DNA from: Acidimicrobiia bacterium
GTDB taxonomy: Bacteria > Actinomycetota > Acidimicrobiia > Spongiisociales > ZC4RG35
Assembly (NCBI GenBank): GCA_050329555.1
Contig: JBHJOQ010000061.1
Span: 1 to 59,817, forward strand
Direction of reading: 5' to 3'
DNA: 59,817 nucleotides
Position numbers and translations under genes: made by a program. Positions 17,771 to 27,283 of the stretch are shown piece after piece. Positions within the stretch are counted from its first letter, which is position 1. Each line of letters begins with the position of its first letter. The notes beneath the pieces are model-generated. The model searched no databases. It was not told the origin of the DNA and saw nothing but the letters and a program-made list of their open reading frames with translations.

Positions 17771-17872
17771 CTACCGGGCCCTCTTCCAGCGCATGTGGAG
17801 ATAGGCGGCGTAACCGAGAGTGGACCCGTAGACCACCGCGTATGTCACGACGACGACGAGGGCGTCAGACAT
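17771..17872 (-). CDS. ccmD: Haem exporter protein CcmD (33-aa single-TM peptide)
   Basis: MSDALVVVVTYAVVYGSTLGYAAYLHMRWKRAR: one TM helix followed by a basic tail. It sits between ccmC and ccmE, and its ATG overlaps the ccmC stop (ATGTCTGA). It is the C-terminal part of track ORF 17771..18025. Confidence 0.45.
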   Translation of the reverse strand: MSDALVVVVTYAVVYGSTLGYAAYLHMRWKRAR

Positions 17873-18575
17873 CTTCGATCTCTTTGAGCCGGGGAGGCGA
17901 GACCGCGTCGCCCGCAGGCGCTGCTTCGGTAACCCGGGCCGCTTCGAGGCGGGCCACGTAGGTGCGCCCCATGAACAATGCCGCGTAGAGGATGGTGAAG
18001 GCGACCACGTTGACCAGCAGGGCAACCAGCATCTCAGGATCCATGGTCGAGCCGTCGGGACGGATCGACTGGGTCTGGTGGAGTGTGCGGAAGAGGTTGA
18101 CCGAGAAGTAGACGAGAGGCACCTGGATGACGGCGATGGTCCCGAGGATGGCCGATCTCCGGGCCCGAATTTCGGGATCGGAGATCGCCTTGCGCAGTGC
18201 GAGGTATCCGATGTAAACGAAGATCATCACCGCGGTGGTCGCCAGGCGGGCATCACCCCAATCCCACGCCTGGCCCCAGACCGCCTGGCCCCAGACCATC
18301 CCGCTGAAAACCCCGACGACGGCAAAGAGGACACCGATCTCTGCAGAAGCTTCCGCAGCGCGATCCCAGCGAGACTTCTTACCGATGAGGTACATGATGG
18401 AGCCGAGGGCGGTGATCCCGAAGGCGAGAAAGGCAAGCCACAGCGTCGGGACGTGGATGTAGAGCATTGCTGTGAACTCACCCTGAAGGGCATCGAGAGG
18501 TGCGGTGAATGCCAGGTAAGCGCCACCAGCCAGGGCCAGCGCGGCAATCAGGAGCGTAATCTGTACACGTCTCAT
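17865..18575 (-). CDS. ccmC: Haem exporter/haem-handling protein CcmC
   Basis: Starts MRRVQITLLIAAL (ATGA overlap with the ccmB stop). Trp-rich motif WGQAWDWGDARL and flanking His. The long N-terminal extension of track ORF 17865..19352 overlaps ccmB and is rejected. Confidence 0.85.
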   Translation of the reverse strand: MRRVQITLLIAALALAGGAYLAFTAPLDALQGEFTAMLYIHVPTLWLAFLAFGITALGSIMYLIGKKSRWDRAAEASAEIGVLFAVVGVFSGMVWGQAVWGQAWDWGDARLATTAVMIFVYIGYLALRKAISDPEIRARRSAILGTIAVIQVPLVYFSVNLFRTLHQTQSIRPDGSTMDPEMLVALLVNVVAFTILYAALFMGRTYVARLEAARVTEAAPAGDAVSPPRLKEIEDV

Positions 18576-19246
18576 CGTGACGCTTCCTCTAGCGGTCTGG
18601 AGAGCCCGACTCCTGCAACCAGCAAGACCAGGTCCGTTGTGATCAGAAGCAGAATCCAGATCAGGATACCGTTGTTCCCGGCAATAGATTCGAGCACCTG
18701 CGAGGCCCCGATGACCAGGGGAACGGCGAGGGGGGCGATCAGCAGGGATGCGAGTGCCGAGCGATTGCGGAGACCCGAGGCAACTTCGCCGGCCAGAGTG
18801 GCGAGCATCGCCAGGCCTCCTGCCGCCAGGAGGATCGCCAGTCCGGTCGGCCAGACCCAACCACCGGGGAGGCCAGGGCTGAAGAGCAGCACCATCGCGA
18901 TGAAGAGGATTCCCATGAAACCCGTGAGGAGCAAGGCCGCAGCCATCGACCTTCCGAGGAACCGGGCTGCCGGGTCGAGCCCGAGCAGCATGGTTATGTC
19001 CTTGCGCTGCTCGGTTTCGCTCACAGAGGTGCGCAAAGCAACCTGCATCCCGTAGAGGATGGCAACCCCCCAGAAGACAGCCGTGCCCACGTCTCCGACG
19101 TCGCTGACACCCGCCGGAATAGCCAGGGAGAAGATCATCAAAGCCACCACGGCAAAGGGGAGGACGATGCGGAAGGTGTCTCCGATGCGCTGCTCCACGA
19201 CCAGGTCGACCCGCATCACTTCCTTGGACTGTTGCCAGAGGCTCAC
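18572..19246 (-). CDS. ccmB: Haem exporter permease CcmB
   Basis: 224 aa with six TM segments. Positioned between ccmA and ccmC with 4-nt overlaps on both sides. Confidence 0.8.
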   Translation of the reverse strand: MSLWQQSKEVMRVDLVVEQRIGDTFRIVLPFAVVALMIFSLAIPAGVSDVGDVGTAVFWGVAILYGMQVALRTSVSETEQRKDITMLLGLDPAARFLGRSMAAALLLTGFMGILFIAMVLLFSPGLPGGWVWPTGLAILLAAGGLAMLATLAGEVASGLRNRSALASLLIAPLAVPLVIGASQVLESIAGNNGILIWILLLITTDLVLLVAGVGLSRPLEEASR

Positions 19247-19887
19247 GAAACCTGCCCCAGCCGTCCGTTTTGCAGCCGGTGCACGGCGACCAGGTCCGGG
19301 CCCAGGCCGCTTTCCTCGTGCGACACTGCAACGACCCCGCCGCCTCGTTCACGGGTGAGCCGGGCGAGTGAGTCGACGAGGCTCCCTGCCTCGGTGTCGA
19401 GACCCGAACGGGCCTCGTCGAGGAGAAGAAGTAGCGGTTTGGCGATGAGGAGCCAGGCGATCTCGGCCCGCCGTTTCATCCCGAAACTGCATCGGGCCAC
19501 GGGCCGGTCAGCAACGTTTTCCAGGCCGACCGCCGAGAGAGCCTTCGGTATCGCCACTTCGCTTCGCCCCGAGACCCGGCAGAAGTGGATGAGGTTCTCC
19601 GAGATCGTCAACTCGTCGAGGAGGGCCGGAGCATGTGTGATCAGGCCAATCGACGTCCGCACCGATCGCTCGACAACCCCGCCCAGATCCGCACCGAGGA
19701 CGGTCCCTGTGCCATGGGCGGGCCGGAGCAGGGTGGCCAGCAGACGGAGGACAGTTGTCTTCCCGCTCCCGTTGGGGCCGACGATGGCGATCGCCTCACC
19801 TGACTCCAATTGAAGGCTGACATCGGTGAGCACAGCCACACCTCCCAGCGACACTCCCACCGAATCCAACCGCATCAGTTCACTCAC
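19243..19887 (-). CDS. ccmA: Haem exporter ATP-binding protein CcmA
   Basis: Walker A GPNGSGKTT, signature-like CSFGMKRR, and Walker B LLLLDEARSGLD. GTG start at 19887 is preceded by GGGAGA 8 nt upstream; an ATG at 19875 is the alternative. Confidence 0.8.
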   Translation of the reverse strand: MSELMRLDSVGVSLGGVAVLTDVSLQLESGEAIAIVGPNGSGKTTVLRLLATLLRPAHGTGTVLGADLGGVVERSVRTSIGLITHAPALLDELTISENLIHFCRVSGRSEVAIPKALSAVGLENVADRPVARCSFGMKRRAEIAWLLIAKPLLLLLDEARSGLDTEAGSLVDSLARLTRERGGGVVAVSHEESGLGPDLVAVHRLQNGRLGQVS

Positions 19888-19918
19888 GTCAGGAGTCTCC
19901 CTGTCGCGGGCAGAACAC

Positions 19919-20581
19919 TCAAGTTCGCTTCCGTTGCCGGGCCGCAGAGAAGGCGGCTGCGGCGAGACCGAGGACAACCCCGGCCGCGTACCACTCCACC
20001 GGCCCGCCGGTGATCGAGAGACGGAACGGCTCGGTGCCCAACCTGATACCCGCGGCGAGGGCCAGAGCTGTCCCCATCCGGACGCCGGCGTGCCTGGGGA
20101 ACCGGCTGACAACCAACGCCCCGAGCGCCATCCCGGTGGCCGCGTAGATCTCGACGGGGTGGCGGGTGATAGAGCTGCCGGCTCCCGACCAGGCCCAGGG
20201 GAGACTTGAGGCAGTGCCGAGACATGCGTCGCGCCATAGGCACCCGAGGTGCCACCCGGCGAGCCCGAGGAGGGCTGCTGGAGCCGCCTTGTCGAGAACG
20301 GTGAGCTTTCTCCCGGTCGTCAGGTAGAGGGTTCCGACCGCGAAGAGGGCGGCGGCCGCAGTGCTGACCCCGCCCCGGACGATGATCATGTCGCCGATAT
20401 GGGTAACCGGGTTCAGCCCCTGAGCTGTCATCGCTACCAGTCGGCCCCCGAGCAAGCCGACACCAGCGGCCAGAAGCAGGTTGTCGAACAGAGAGTCGGG
20501 GTCCCGACCTGCCCAGAGCCGCACTCCGATCCACAATCCGGCGACACCGGTCAGCGCCGCCCAGAGCAGGGTGAACTCCAC
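19919..20581 (-). CDS. Prolipoprotein diacylglyceryl transferase (Lgt)-family membrane protein, short paralog
   Basis: 220 aa, polytopic, with LLGGRLV, GWHLGCLWRDACLGTASSLPWAW and RHPVEIYAA. These resemble the Lgt GR.G, C..G..LPWA and HP.QLY blocks. Confidence 0.5.
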   Translation of the reverse strand: MEFTLLWAALTGVAGLWIGVRLWAGRDPDSLFDNLLLAAGVGLLGGRLVAMTAQGLNPVTHIGDMIIVRGGVSTAAAALFAVGTLYLTTGRKLTVLDKAAPAALLGLAGWHLGCLWRDACLGTASSLPWAWSGAGSSITRHPVEIYAATGMALGALVVSRFPRHAGVRMGTALALAAGIRLGTEPFRLSITGGPVEWYAAGVVLGLAAAAFSAARQRKRT

Positions 20582-20583
20582 GG

Positions 20584-21054
20584 CTATCTATTGACGATCT
20601 CGTCGATGCCGAGCGCAAGTGCCCGTTCATCGATGACCCCGAGATGGGTGTCGACCAGTGCGCCGGTGCTGTCGAAGAAGAAAGTGATCGGGGTCCCGAA
20701 TCCCCCGTAGAAGTCCGGCACCGATCGATCGCGGTCGAAGTAGTGGGTGAAGTCGAGGCCGAATTCTGCGATGAAGTTCTTGGCGTCGGCCTGGTTGTCC
20801 TGGACGTCGACACCGATGAAGTCGATCTCGTCGCCGTAAGCGGCGTGGGCTGCGGTGAGCAGCGGCGCCTCCGACCGACAGGGCCCGCACCATGACGCCC
20901 AGACATTGACCACGGAGGGCTTATCGGATTCGGCGAGGGTGGCAGCCAGTTCCTCTCCGGTGATCGGAGGGAGGTCAGCCAGGTCCTGGCCGGCCAGTTC
21001 GGCGGAGGCACATGCCGAGAGAGCCAGCAGGATTATCGGGAAGAGCCTTCTCAT
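20584..21054 (-). CDS. TlpA-like thioredoxin-fold lipoprotein
   Basis: Start at MRRLFPIILLALSAC (lipobox). Active site VWASWCGPCRSEAP, and GFGTPITFFFD (cis-Pro loop). The track ORF's 65 upstream codons are rejected. Confidence 0.75.
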   Translation of the reverse strand: MRRLFPIILLALSACASAELAGQDLADLPPITGEELAATLAESDKPSVVNVWASWCGPCRSEAPLLTAAHAAYGDEIDFIGVDVQDNQADAKNFIAEFGLDFTHYFDRDRSVPDFYGGFGTPITFFFDSTGALVDTHLGVIDERALALGIDEIVNR

Positions 21055-21076
21055 CAGGCGATTCTCCCACCTGCGG

Positions 21077-22450
21077 TCAATAATGCTTTTGGAGATTCTC
21101 CTGCTCGGCGATGAGCTCCTCGAATCGGGCCATCTGGCGGTCGACAGCCTGGGGCGTGCCTCCGCCGGGTGTGCCCCGTCTGTCGGGGGCAGGATCGAGA
21201 ACAGCGGCAGCCTCAGGGCCAAGGGCGGGGGAATCCCGGACCAGATCATCGAACGACTGGTTTCCGGCCAGCGACTGGCTCACCAGCCCGCCCACGATGG
21301 CATGGGCTTCGCGGAACGGCCTTCCCCGGGCCACCAGCCACTCGGCGAGGTCGGTGGCGTACAGGTAGGGCGACCTGGCACCGGCGGCCATCCGTTCGAG
21401 ATCGAAGGTCAGGGTGGCGATCATCCCGTCGACCGCGGAGAGGAGGAGATGGATGGTGTCGAAGGAATCGAAAAGCGGCTCTTTGTCTTCCTGGAGGTCT
21501 TTGTTGTAGGCGAAGGGGAGGCCTTTGAGGGTGACCAACAGCCCGGTGAGGTTGCCGATCAGCCTGCCCGCCTTGCCTCGGGCCAGTTCGGCGATATCTG
21601 GGTTCGCCTTATGCGGCATCATCGAAGAGCCTGTGGAGTGGGTCTCGCCCATCCTCACGTAACCGAACTCGATGGAAGACCAAACGACCAGTTCCTCGCC
21701 GATCCGGCTCAGGTGCATCCCGAGTAGACAGAGAGCGAAGAGCGTCTCCGCCACGTAGTCGCGGTCGCTGACGGCATCGAGACTGTTCTCGAAGACCGCA
21801 CCGAAGCCGAGCTCGGCTGCTGTCAGCTCGGGATCGATGGGGAGGGTCGATCCGGCGAGCGCCCCTGCACCCAGCGGAGAGACATCGAGGCGCTTCCTGG
21901 CGTCGATGAGGCGGTCGAAGTCGCGGGCGAGCGCCCACCCGTGAGCGAGAAGGTGGTGGGCGAGGGTCACCGGTTGTGCCTGCTGGAGATGGGTGTAACC
22001 GGGGAGAATGGCCTCGCCCGCGTTCGCGGCCCTTGCGAGCAGTGTCTTCTCCAACTGATGGACGAGGGTCAGGGTGGTATCGATGGCCTTTTTGGCCCAG
22101 AGACGGAGGTCGGTCGTCACCTGGTCGTTGCGGCTCCGCCCTGTGTGCAACTTCGCCCCGGCGGGGGTGATCGCACTCACCCCCCGTTCGACGGCGGTAT
22201 GGATGTCCTCGTCGCTCTCTTCGAACTCGAACTCACCACTGGCAATCTTCGCTTCGACCGTGTCGAGGGCGGCGAGGATCTCTTCGGACTCGCCACCGGT
22301 GAGTAGGCCGACCCTGGCCAGCATCCGGGCGTGGGCACGGGACCCGGCGATATCTTCGCGAAATATGCGCACATCGAATGCCAGGCTGTCGTTGAGCGCA
22401 CGGAGATCGTCGGATGGCACGGCATCGAACCGGCCCTGCCACAGGGTCAC
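21077..22450 (-). CDS. argH: Argininosuccinate lyase
   Basis: 457 aa with TGRSRNDQV, GYTHLQQAQP and the GSSMMPHKANPD signature. Confidence 0.95.
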   Translation of the reverse strand: MTLWQGRFDAVPSDDLRALNDSLAFDVRIFREDIAGSRAHARMLARVGLLTGGESEEILAALDTVEAKIASGEFEFEESDEDIHTAVERGVSAITPAGAKLHTGRSRNDQVTTDLRLWAKKAIDTTLTLVHQLEKTLLARAANAGEAILPGYTHLQQAQPVTLAHHLLAHGWALARDFDRLIDARKRLDVSPLGAGALAGSTLPIDPELTAAELGFGAVFENSLDAVSDRDYVAETLFALCLLGMHLSRIGEELVVWSSIEFGYVRMGETHSTGSSMMPHKANPDIAELARGKAGRLIGNLTGLLVTLKGLPFAYNKDLQEDKEPLFDSFDTIHLLLSAVDGMIATLTFDLERMAAGARSPYLYATDLAEWLVARGRPFREAHAIVGGLVSQSLAGNQSFDDLVRDSPALGPEAAAVLDPAPDRRGTPGGGTPQAVDRQMARFEELIAEQENLQKHY

Positions 22451-22453
22451 GTT

Positions 22454-23676
<1,223 letters not shown>

Positions 23677-23680
<4 letters not shown>

Positions 23681-24138
23681 AATCCTGCGATCTCCTTGAA
23701 TCTGGCCGCGAGGGCCTTGCCGTCCGTCCCTTCGTAGGTCACCACGAACATGGTGTCGTCACCGGCGACGGTGCCGAGAACATCGGGCATACCCGCCCGG
23801 TCGATTGCCGAAGCCACGACATGTGCGGAGCCCGGGGGAGTGCGGATCACGACGATGTTCGCCGAAGACTGGATGTCGACAATCCAATTACCGAGAACTC
23901 GTTTCAGCAGATCTTCAGGTACCACACGGTCGGCGGGGTTTTCGGGGATCGCGTACACGGCGTCTCCACCGCCCACCTTCACTTTCACCGCGCCGAGTTC
24001 GTCGAGGTCGCGGGAAACCGTGGCCTGGGTGGCCACCACTCCCTCTTCTTCGAGGAGCTCGACGAGCTGTCCTTGGTTGGTCACTGGCTGGCCCCTGAGC
24101 AAGTCGGTGATCTTGTGCTGGCGCTGGTTCTTGTTCAT
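23677..24138 (-). CDS. argR: Arginine repressor
   Basis: Start at [14 protein letters not shown]. Winged-helix region [15 protein letters not shown] and C-terminal oligomerisation/arginine-binding region GTVAGDDT. Confidence 0.85.
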
Positions 24139-24303
24139 ATCACTAGTGTCCTGTCCGGTAAAAAGTTGTGGCGTCTCTCCGGCCCTCCACGCCCCTGGCG
24201 GCGTCCAAAATGCCCAACGCAGCCCCCGGGTGCGATTGCGTTTTTCTCCTTGCCGGATGACGCTGATGGCTCGGAGACACGCGCACACTATTCGAGCGAC
24301 AGA

Positions 24304-25200
24304 TCACTGGTTCTCCTCGATGAGCCAGGTGAGCAGCCCGCGGGCCGTGTGCATGCGATTTTGGGCCTGCGCCCAGACCCGGCTTTGTGGGCCATCGAGC
24401 ACTTCGTCGGTCACCTCATTGCCCCGTTTGGCAGGGAGGCAGTGGAGGAAGATGGCCTTCTCGCCCGCTGCTGACATCAGATCGGCATCGACCCGAAACT
24501 CCTGGAAGGCATCCATCCGCACCTCGGTCTCGTCTTCTTTGCCCATCGACGCCCAGGTGTCGGTGTAGACGACGTCGGCGTTGGCGACGGCTTCGTATGG
24601 CGAGCGAAAGATCTCGACCTCGGCACCCGAAGCACTGATCTCCGCAAGGTCGCCTGCGGAGAAGGTGTAGCTGGACGGTCCGGCGAGGCGGAATCTCATC
24701 CCGGCCAGGCCTGCTGCCTTGGCCAACGAGAGTGCGACGTTGTTGGCGTCGCCGATGAAGGTGATGGTGCGGTCTTCCAGCACCGAGAGCTCGGTGCGCA
24801 TGGTGAGCAGATCCCCCAGTGCCTGCATCGGGTGCGATTTGTCGGTGAGGAGGTTCACCACCGGGATCACGTCGAGGGCTGCCATCCGCTCCACGGTGGA
24901 ATGGGCGAACACCCTTGCCCCGAGGAGGTCGTGATAGCAGGCGAAGGTTCGGGTGACGTCTTCGACCGTCTCGCGCGCGTCGAGGCCGAGCTCATCGGGC
25001 CGGATGTACATGGGATGGCCTCCCAGCTGCACCACCGCCATCTCCATAGCGTTCCGGGTGCGGGCCGAAGGCTTCTCAAAAAGCAGGGCCATGCCTTTGC
25101 CGGCAAGCGGAGCTGTTGTGGCCGGTTGTGATGACAGGTCGAGCACATGGTCCAGCTCGTCCCTGCTCAGTTCGTCGATATCCAGGAAATGGCGCATCAT
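24304..25200 (-). CDS. argF: Ornithine carbamoyltransferase
   Basis: MMRHFLDIDELS..., FEKPSARTR, SHPMQAL and HCLPAKRG motifs. ATGA overlap with the argD stop. The long N-terminal extension in the track is rejected. Confidence 0.9.
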   Translation of the reverse strand: MMRHFLDIDELSRDELDHVLDLSSQPATTAPLAGKGMALLFEKPSARTRNAMEMAVVQLGGHPMYIRPDELGLDARETVEDVTRTFACYHDLLGARVFAHSTVERMAALDVIPVVNLLTDKSHPMQALGDLLTMRTELSVLEDRTITFIGDANNVALSLAKAAGLAGMRFRLAGPSSYTFSAGDLAEISASGAEVEIFRSPYEAVANADVVYTDTWASMGKEDETEVRMDAFQEFRVDADLMSAAGEKAIFLHCLPAKRGNEVTDEVLDGPQSRVWAQAQNRMHTARGLLTWLIEENQ

Positions 25201-26411
25201 TCCTCCTTGGGTACCGAGGCGATCGCATCGGAGATGATGTCGATTGCCTCGTCTATCTGTTGTTTGGTGACGATGTATGGGGGTGCAAGGCGAAGGGCGG
25301 TCGGGGTGACCCCGTTGACGATCAGCCCCCGGTCGAGACACGAAGTGGCGATGTCCTTGGCAGTGCGGCCGGCGAGCGCCGCGGGGCTCAGTTCGAGCGC
25401 AAGGAGTAGGCCCTGGCCCCTGACCTGGTCGACTCCGACGCAAGCTTCTGCTCGTCTCGCCAGGTCGGCGCCCATCTCCCGGACGAGTGTTGGTGCGTCG
25501 ATTTCGATGTAGGTATCGAGGGCAGCCCGGGCGGCAGCGAGAGCGACCGGCTGGCCGGCGAAGGTCGACCCATGGTCTCCGGGACCGAATGCGGCAGCGA
25601 CGCCATCGGTCGCCCATACCGCTGCTACGGGGAAGCCGTTGCCTAGTGCCTTGGCCATGGTGACGATGTCGGGCTTGATCCCGGCGTGCTGGAACCCGAA
25701 CCACTCGCCGGTACGGCCCATTCCGGTCTGAATCTCGTCGAGGATGAGCAGCACACCCTTCTGGTCACACAGTGCCCGCACTGCTTGGAGGTATCCGGGG
25801 GCGGCAGGGTTGACCCCGCCCTCACCCTGGACCGATTCGAGCAGGACTGCAGCGACGTCGGCACCCATTGCCGACTCGAGCGCGTCGATGTCGTTGAAGG
25901 GGACGTGGCGGAAGCCGTCCGGCATCGGGGCGAAGGGGACGTGCTTGGCGGGTTGGCCGGTGGCGGCAAGGGTGGCCAGGGTCCGTCCGTGGAATGAGCC
26001 GAGTGCTGAGACCACAACATACCGTTCCGGGCCCTGGTGTTTCCGGGCGAGCTTGATTGCGGCTTCGTTGGCCTCAGCCCCCGAGTTCTGGAACAACACC
26101 TGGCCCCGACCACAGTCGACGAGGGAGTTGATCGTCTCGGCCACGGGAGCCTGATGCTCGTTGGCAAACAGATTCGAGGTATGGACCAGAACCCCCGCCT
26201 GCCTGGCAACTGCCCTGGTGATCGCCGGGTGGGAGTGGCCGAGTGCAACCACTGCAAGCCCACCGAGAAAATCGAGATACTGGCGGCCCTCACGGTCCCA
26301 GATATACGGGCCGAGCCCTTTCACGAAAAGCCGGGGTGGCGATCCGTAATTGTCCATCAGGGGGCTGTGCTCGCCGGTGGTGCCCCATGCGGTGGCCTGT
26401 GCGACTGTCAC
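25197..26411 (-). CDS. argD: Acetylornithine aminotransferase
   Basis: Class III aminotransferase with GSFHGRT, LILDEIQTGMGRTG and DIVTMAKALGNG (PLP Lys). GTG start at 26411 forms a GTGA overlap with the argB stop. Confidence 0.9.
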   Translation of the reverse strand: MTVAQATAWGTTGEHSPLMDNYGSPPRLFVKGLGPYIWDREGRQYLDFLGGLAVVALGHSHPAITRAVARQAGVLVHTSNLFANEHQAPVAETINSLVDCGRGQVLFQNSGAEANEAAIKLARKHQGPERYVVVSALGSFHGRTLATLAATGQPAKHVPFAPMPDGFRHVPFNDIDALESAMGADVAAVLLESVQGEGGVNPAAPGYLQAVRALCDQKGVLLILDEIQTGMGRTGEWFGFQHAGIKPDIVTMAKALGNGFPVAAVWATDGVAAAFGPGDHGSTFAGQPVALAAARAALDTYIEIDAPTLVREMGADLARRAEACVGVDQVRGQGLLLALELSPAALAGRTAKDIATSCLDRGLIVNGVTPTALRLAPPYIVTKQQIDEAIDIISDAIASVPKEE

Positions 26412-27283
26412 CGGGGATCGCTCCCGACCATCGTGCCGATTCCGGCGTCTGTGAGCAGTTCGAGAAGGAGGACATGGGGGATGGTGCCGTCGAGCATGTG
26501 GGCCGACGCCGTACCGCCCCTGAGGGCATCTATGCATGCCTGCAACTTCGGGATCATCCCGCTGCTGATCGCCGAAGTCTTCAGCATTTTCTCCACCTCG
26601 TCGACCGAGGTCCTCCGAATCAGCGAATCGGGGTCGGAAGGGTCTTCGAGCAGGCCGGGTACGTCGGTGAGGTAGATGACCTTCTCGGCGTGGAGGGCGG
26701 CCGCCAGGGCGCCGGCAACGGTGTCAGCGTTGATGTTGTAGGCCTGGCCGGCCCGGTCGGAGCCGATTGTGGAGATCACCGGGATCATGTTCTCGGCGAG
26801 GAGCCGCTCGATGATTCCCGGTTGGACTGAGACGATCCGGCCAACGAGCCCCAGGGACTCATCGAAAGGTTCGGCGGTGATCATCCCACCGTCCTCACCA
26901 GACAGTCCGACCGCAAAGGCGCCGTGGACATTGATTGCTCCCACGATGTCGCGCCCGATCTTGCCGACGAGGATCATCCGCACGATGTCGAGCGTTTCGG
27001 AGTCGGTGACCCTGAGCCCGTCCTGGAAACGGGTCTCTTTGCCCAGCTTCTTCAAGTGGTGCCCGATCTGGGGGCCTCCACCGTGGACCACCACCGGTCT
27101 CATCCCTACGGAACGCAAAAGGACGATGTCTTCGGCGAAGGTGGTGGCCAACTCCGGATCGGTCATCGCGCTGCCCCCGTACTTGACCACGATCACCGCG
27201 TCCTGGAATTGTTTGATGTAGGGGAGCGCCTCGACCAGCGCCTCGGCGCGTTGTTCGGGTGCATACGTTCTGGTGCCGATCAT
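26408..27283 (-). CDS. argB: Acetylglutamate kinase
   Basis: VVKYGGSAM, VVVHGGGPQI and NINADT motifs. Confidence 0.95.
   Translation of the reverse strand: MIGTRTYAPEQRAEALVEALPYIKQFQDAVIVVKYGGSAMTDPELATTFAEDIVLLRSVGMRPVVVHGGGPQIGHHLKKLGKETRFQDGLRVTDSETLDIVRMILVGKIGRDIVGAINVHGAFAVGLSGEDGGMITAEPFDESLGLVGRIVSVQPGIIERLLAENMIPVISTIGSDRAGQAYNINADTVAGALAAALHAEKVIYLTDVPGLLEDPSDPDSLIRRTSVDEVEKMLKTSAISSGMIPKLQACIDALRGGTASAHMLDGTIPHVLLLELLTDAGIGTMVGSDPR

Noticed and set aside
18576-19352. N-terminal 259-codon extension of the ccmC track ORF (17865..19352)
   Set aside because: It overlaps ccmB in another frame. The recognisable CcmC sequence starts at MRRVQITL, with an ATGA overlap to the ccmB stop.
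19884-21011. 375-aa minus-strand ORF in an alternative frame over the Lgt-like and redoxin genes
   Set aside because: The translation is Arg/Pro/Ser-rich. The other frames give a membrane protein and a CxxC redoxin with proper signal peptides.
24139-24303. Second ARG box or terminator in the 165-nt argF-argR gap
   Set aside because: No TGCAT-type palindrome and no strong hairpin/T-tract were recognisable by eye. The function of the gap is left open.
25201-25704. N-terminal extension of the argF track ORF; similar extensions occur on argD (to 26537), argJ (to 28809), argR (to 24288) and the redoxin (to 21249)
   Set aside because: The extensions overlap upstream genes and translate to Arg/Pro-rich junk. 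The conserved N-termini start at internal ATG/GTG codons that form 4-nt overlaps with upstream stops.
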